NCBI GenBank assembly: GCA_013239625.1
Contig: MU057051.1
Coordinates: 3,165,664 to 3,229,663, forward strand
DNA length: 64,000 bases
Origin: Lama guanicoe
Taxonomy: Eukaryota
Direction: 5' to 3'
The notes below the pieces were generated by a model. That model had not been told where the DNA came from, searched no databases, and was given only the letters and a program-made list of their open reading frames with translations. Every line of letters begins with the position of its first letter. Position 1 is the stretch's first letter. A program made the position numbers and the translations under genes. Below, one piece after another: positions 63,311 through 64,000 of this stretch.

Positions 63311-64000
63311 GGGACCCTGACGAGAACTGTGTGTGTCACTGGAGTGGAAGGCACCGAAGCCCTACCAGCGTGGACTAACTAAAGCGTGGAGTAAAGAAAA
63401 CTCTCTCAAGGAGCATCAGCTACCCGAGAAATCAAAATACAAAATAAAGGCAGTCATGGGAAGCACAGATGCCTCCCCTGCACGCCCCCACCCCCACTCT
63501 CCCTTTCGCCCCAGGACAAAATCTCTGCTATATTTGTTTGCTCTCCCCAGGGATGTCTTTACAGCCTGGAGGAGTACAAATCAAAATGCATAACCTGGTA
63601 TTCATGCTCAAAAGAATTCTGAGCCAGATCTTACCTAATTGTATGGAATATTACTTTCTTCCCTCCCTCTGGCACTTGCCTATTGTCCTGAGTTGCAGCT
63701 GGACCTCTAAGGCTGTGCCAAGAGCAGCTGAAGAGGTATGGTCTGCGTTCAATTAACAGCAATTGCAGAAGCATATGGAAATATCTCTCAGCCTGAGAAC
63801 ACTCAAAAAGACACCGAGAAAAGAATCCAACTCGGGAAAAAAAGTCACTCCCTTTCCCTCTCTTCTGCAAAACCCCTGAACCTATTAACGCTCACCCCTA
63901 TGCCCATCCCTACTCTGCTCCAGGTAGTGAGGAACCTACACAAAATCATATTCTAAAGGTAGAACGGCTCTCAGAGACCATCTAACATACCTCTGATTTC

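Noticed and set aside
1-64000. CRISPR arrays, rRNA, snoRNA/miRNA, prokaryote-type systems
   Set aside because: Mammalian intronic DNA; no repeat-spacer array or convincing box C/D, H/ACA or pre-miRNA structure seen by eye. An Infernal/Rfam scan would be needed to exclude small RNAs.

Overview
Mammalian (camelid-like, judged from tRNA-Ala-derived Vic-1-type SINEs) genomic DNA lying wholly inside the CGNL1 gene (cingulin-like 1/paracingulin) on the minus strand. Seven coding exons (exons 2-8 by human numbering) can be placed with GT-AG boundaries and consistent phases. They give 2388 nt / 796 aa: the ZIM-containing head and the start of the coiled-coil rod. Exon 1 and exons 9 onward lie outside the window. 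The rest is intron with L1, L2, MIR, MaLR LTR, hAT and SINE copies; repeat family names come from recalled consensus sequences, not from a search. The most unusual observation is a gapless 182-bp, 72%-identical inverted repeat (30145-30326 / 31661-31842) that matches no repeat I recognise and brackets the symmetric 213-nt exon 8. It is a candidate long-range pre-mRNA duplex affecting skipping, circularisation or editing. Other leads are a possible internal promoter/first exon in intron 8, cryptic exons, a nested L1-SINE-L1 insertion with apparent 3' transduction, and N-runs that are exact-length masks rather than gaps. Nearly all short ORFs in the supplied track are noise.
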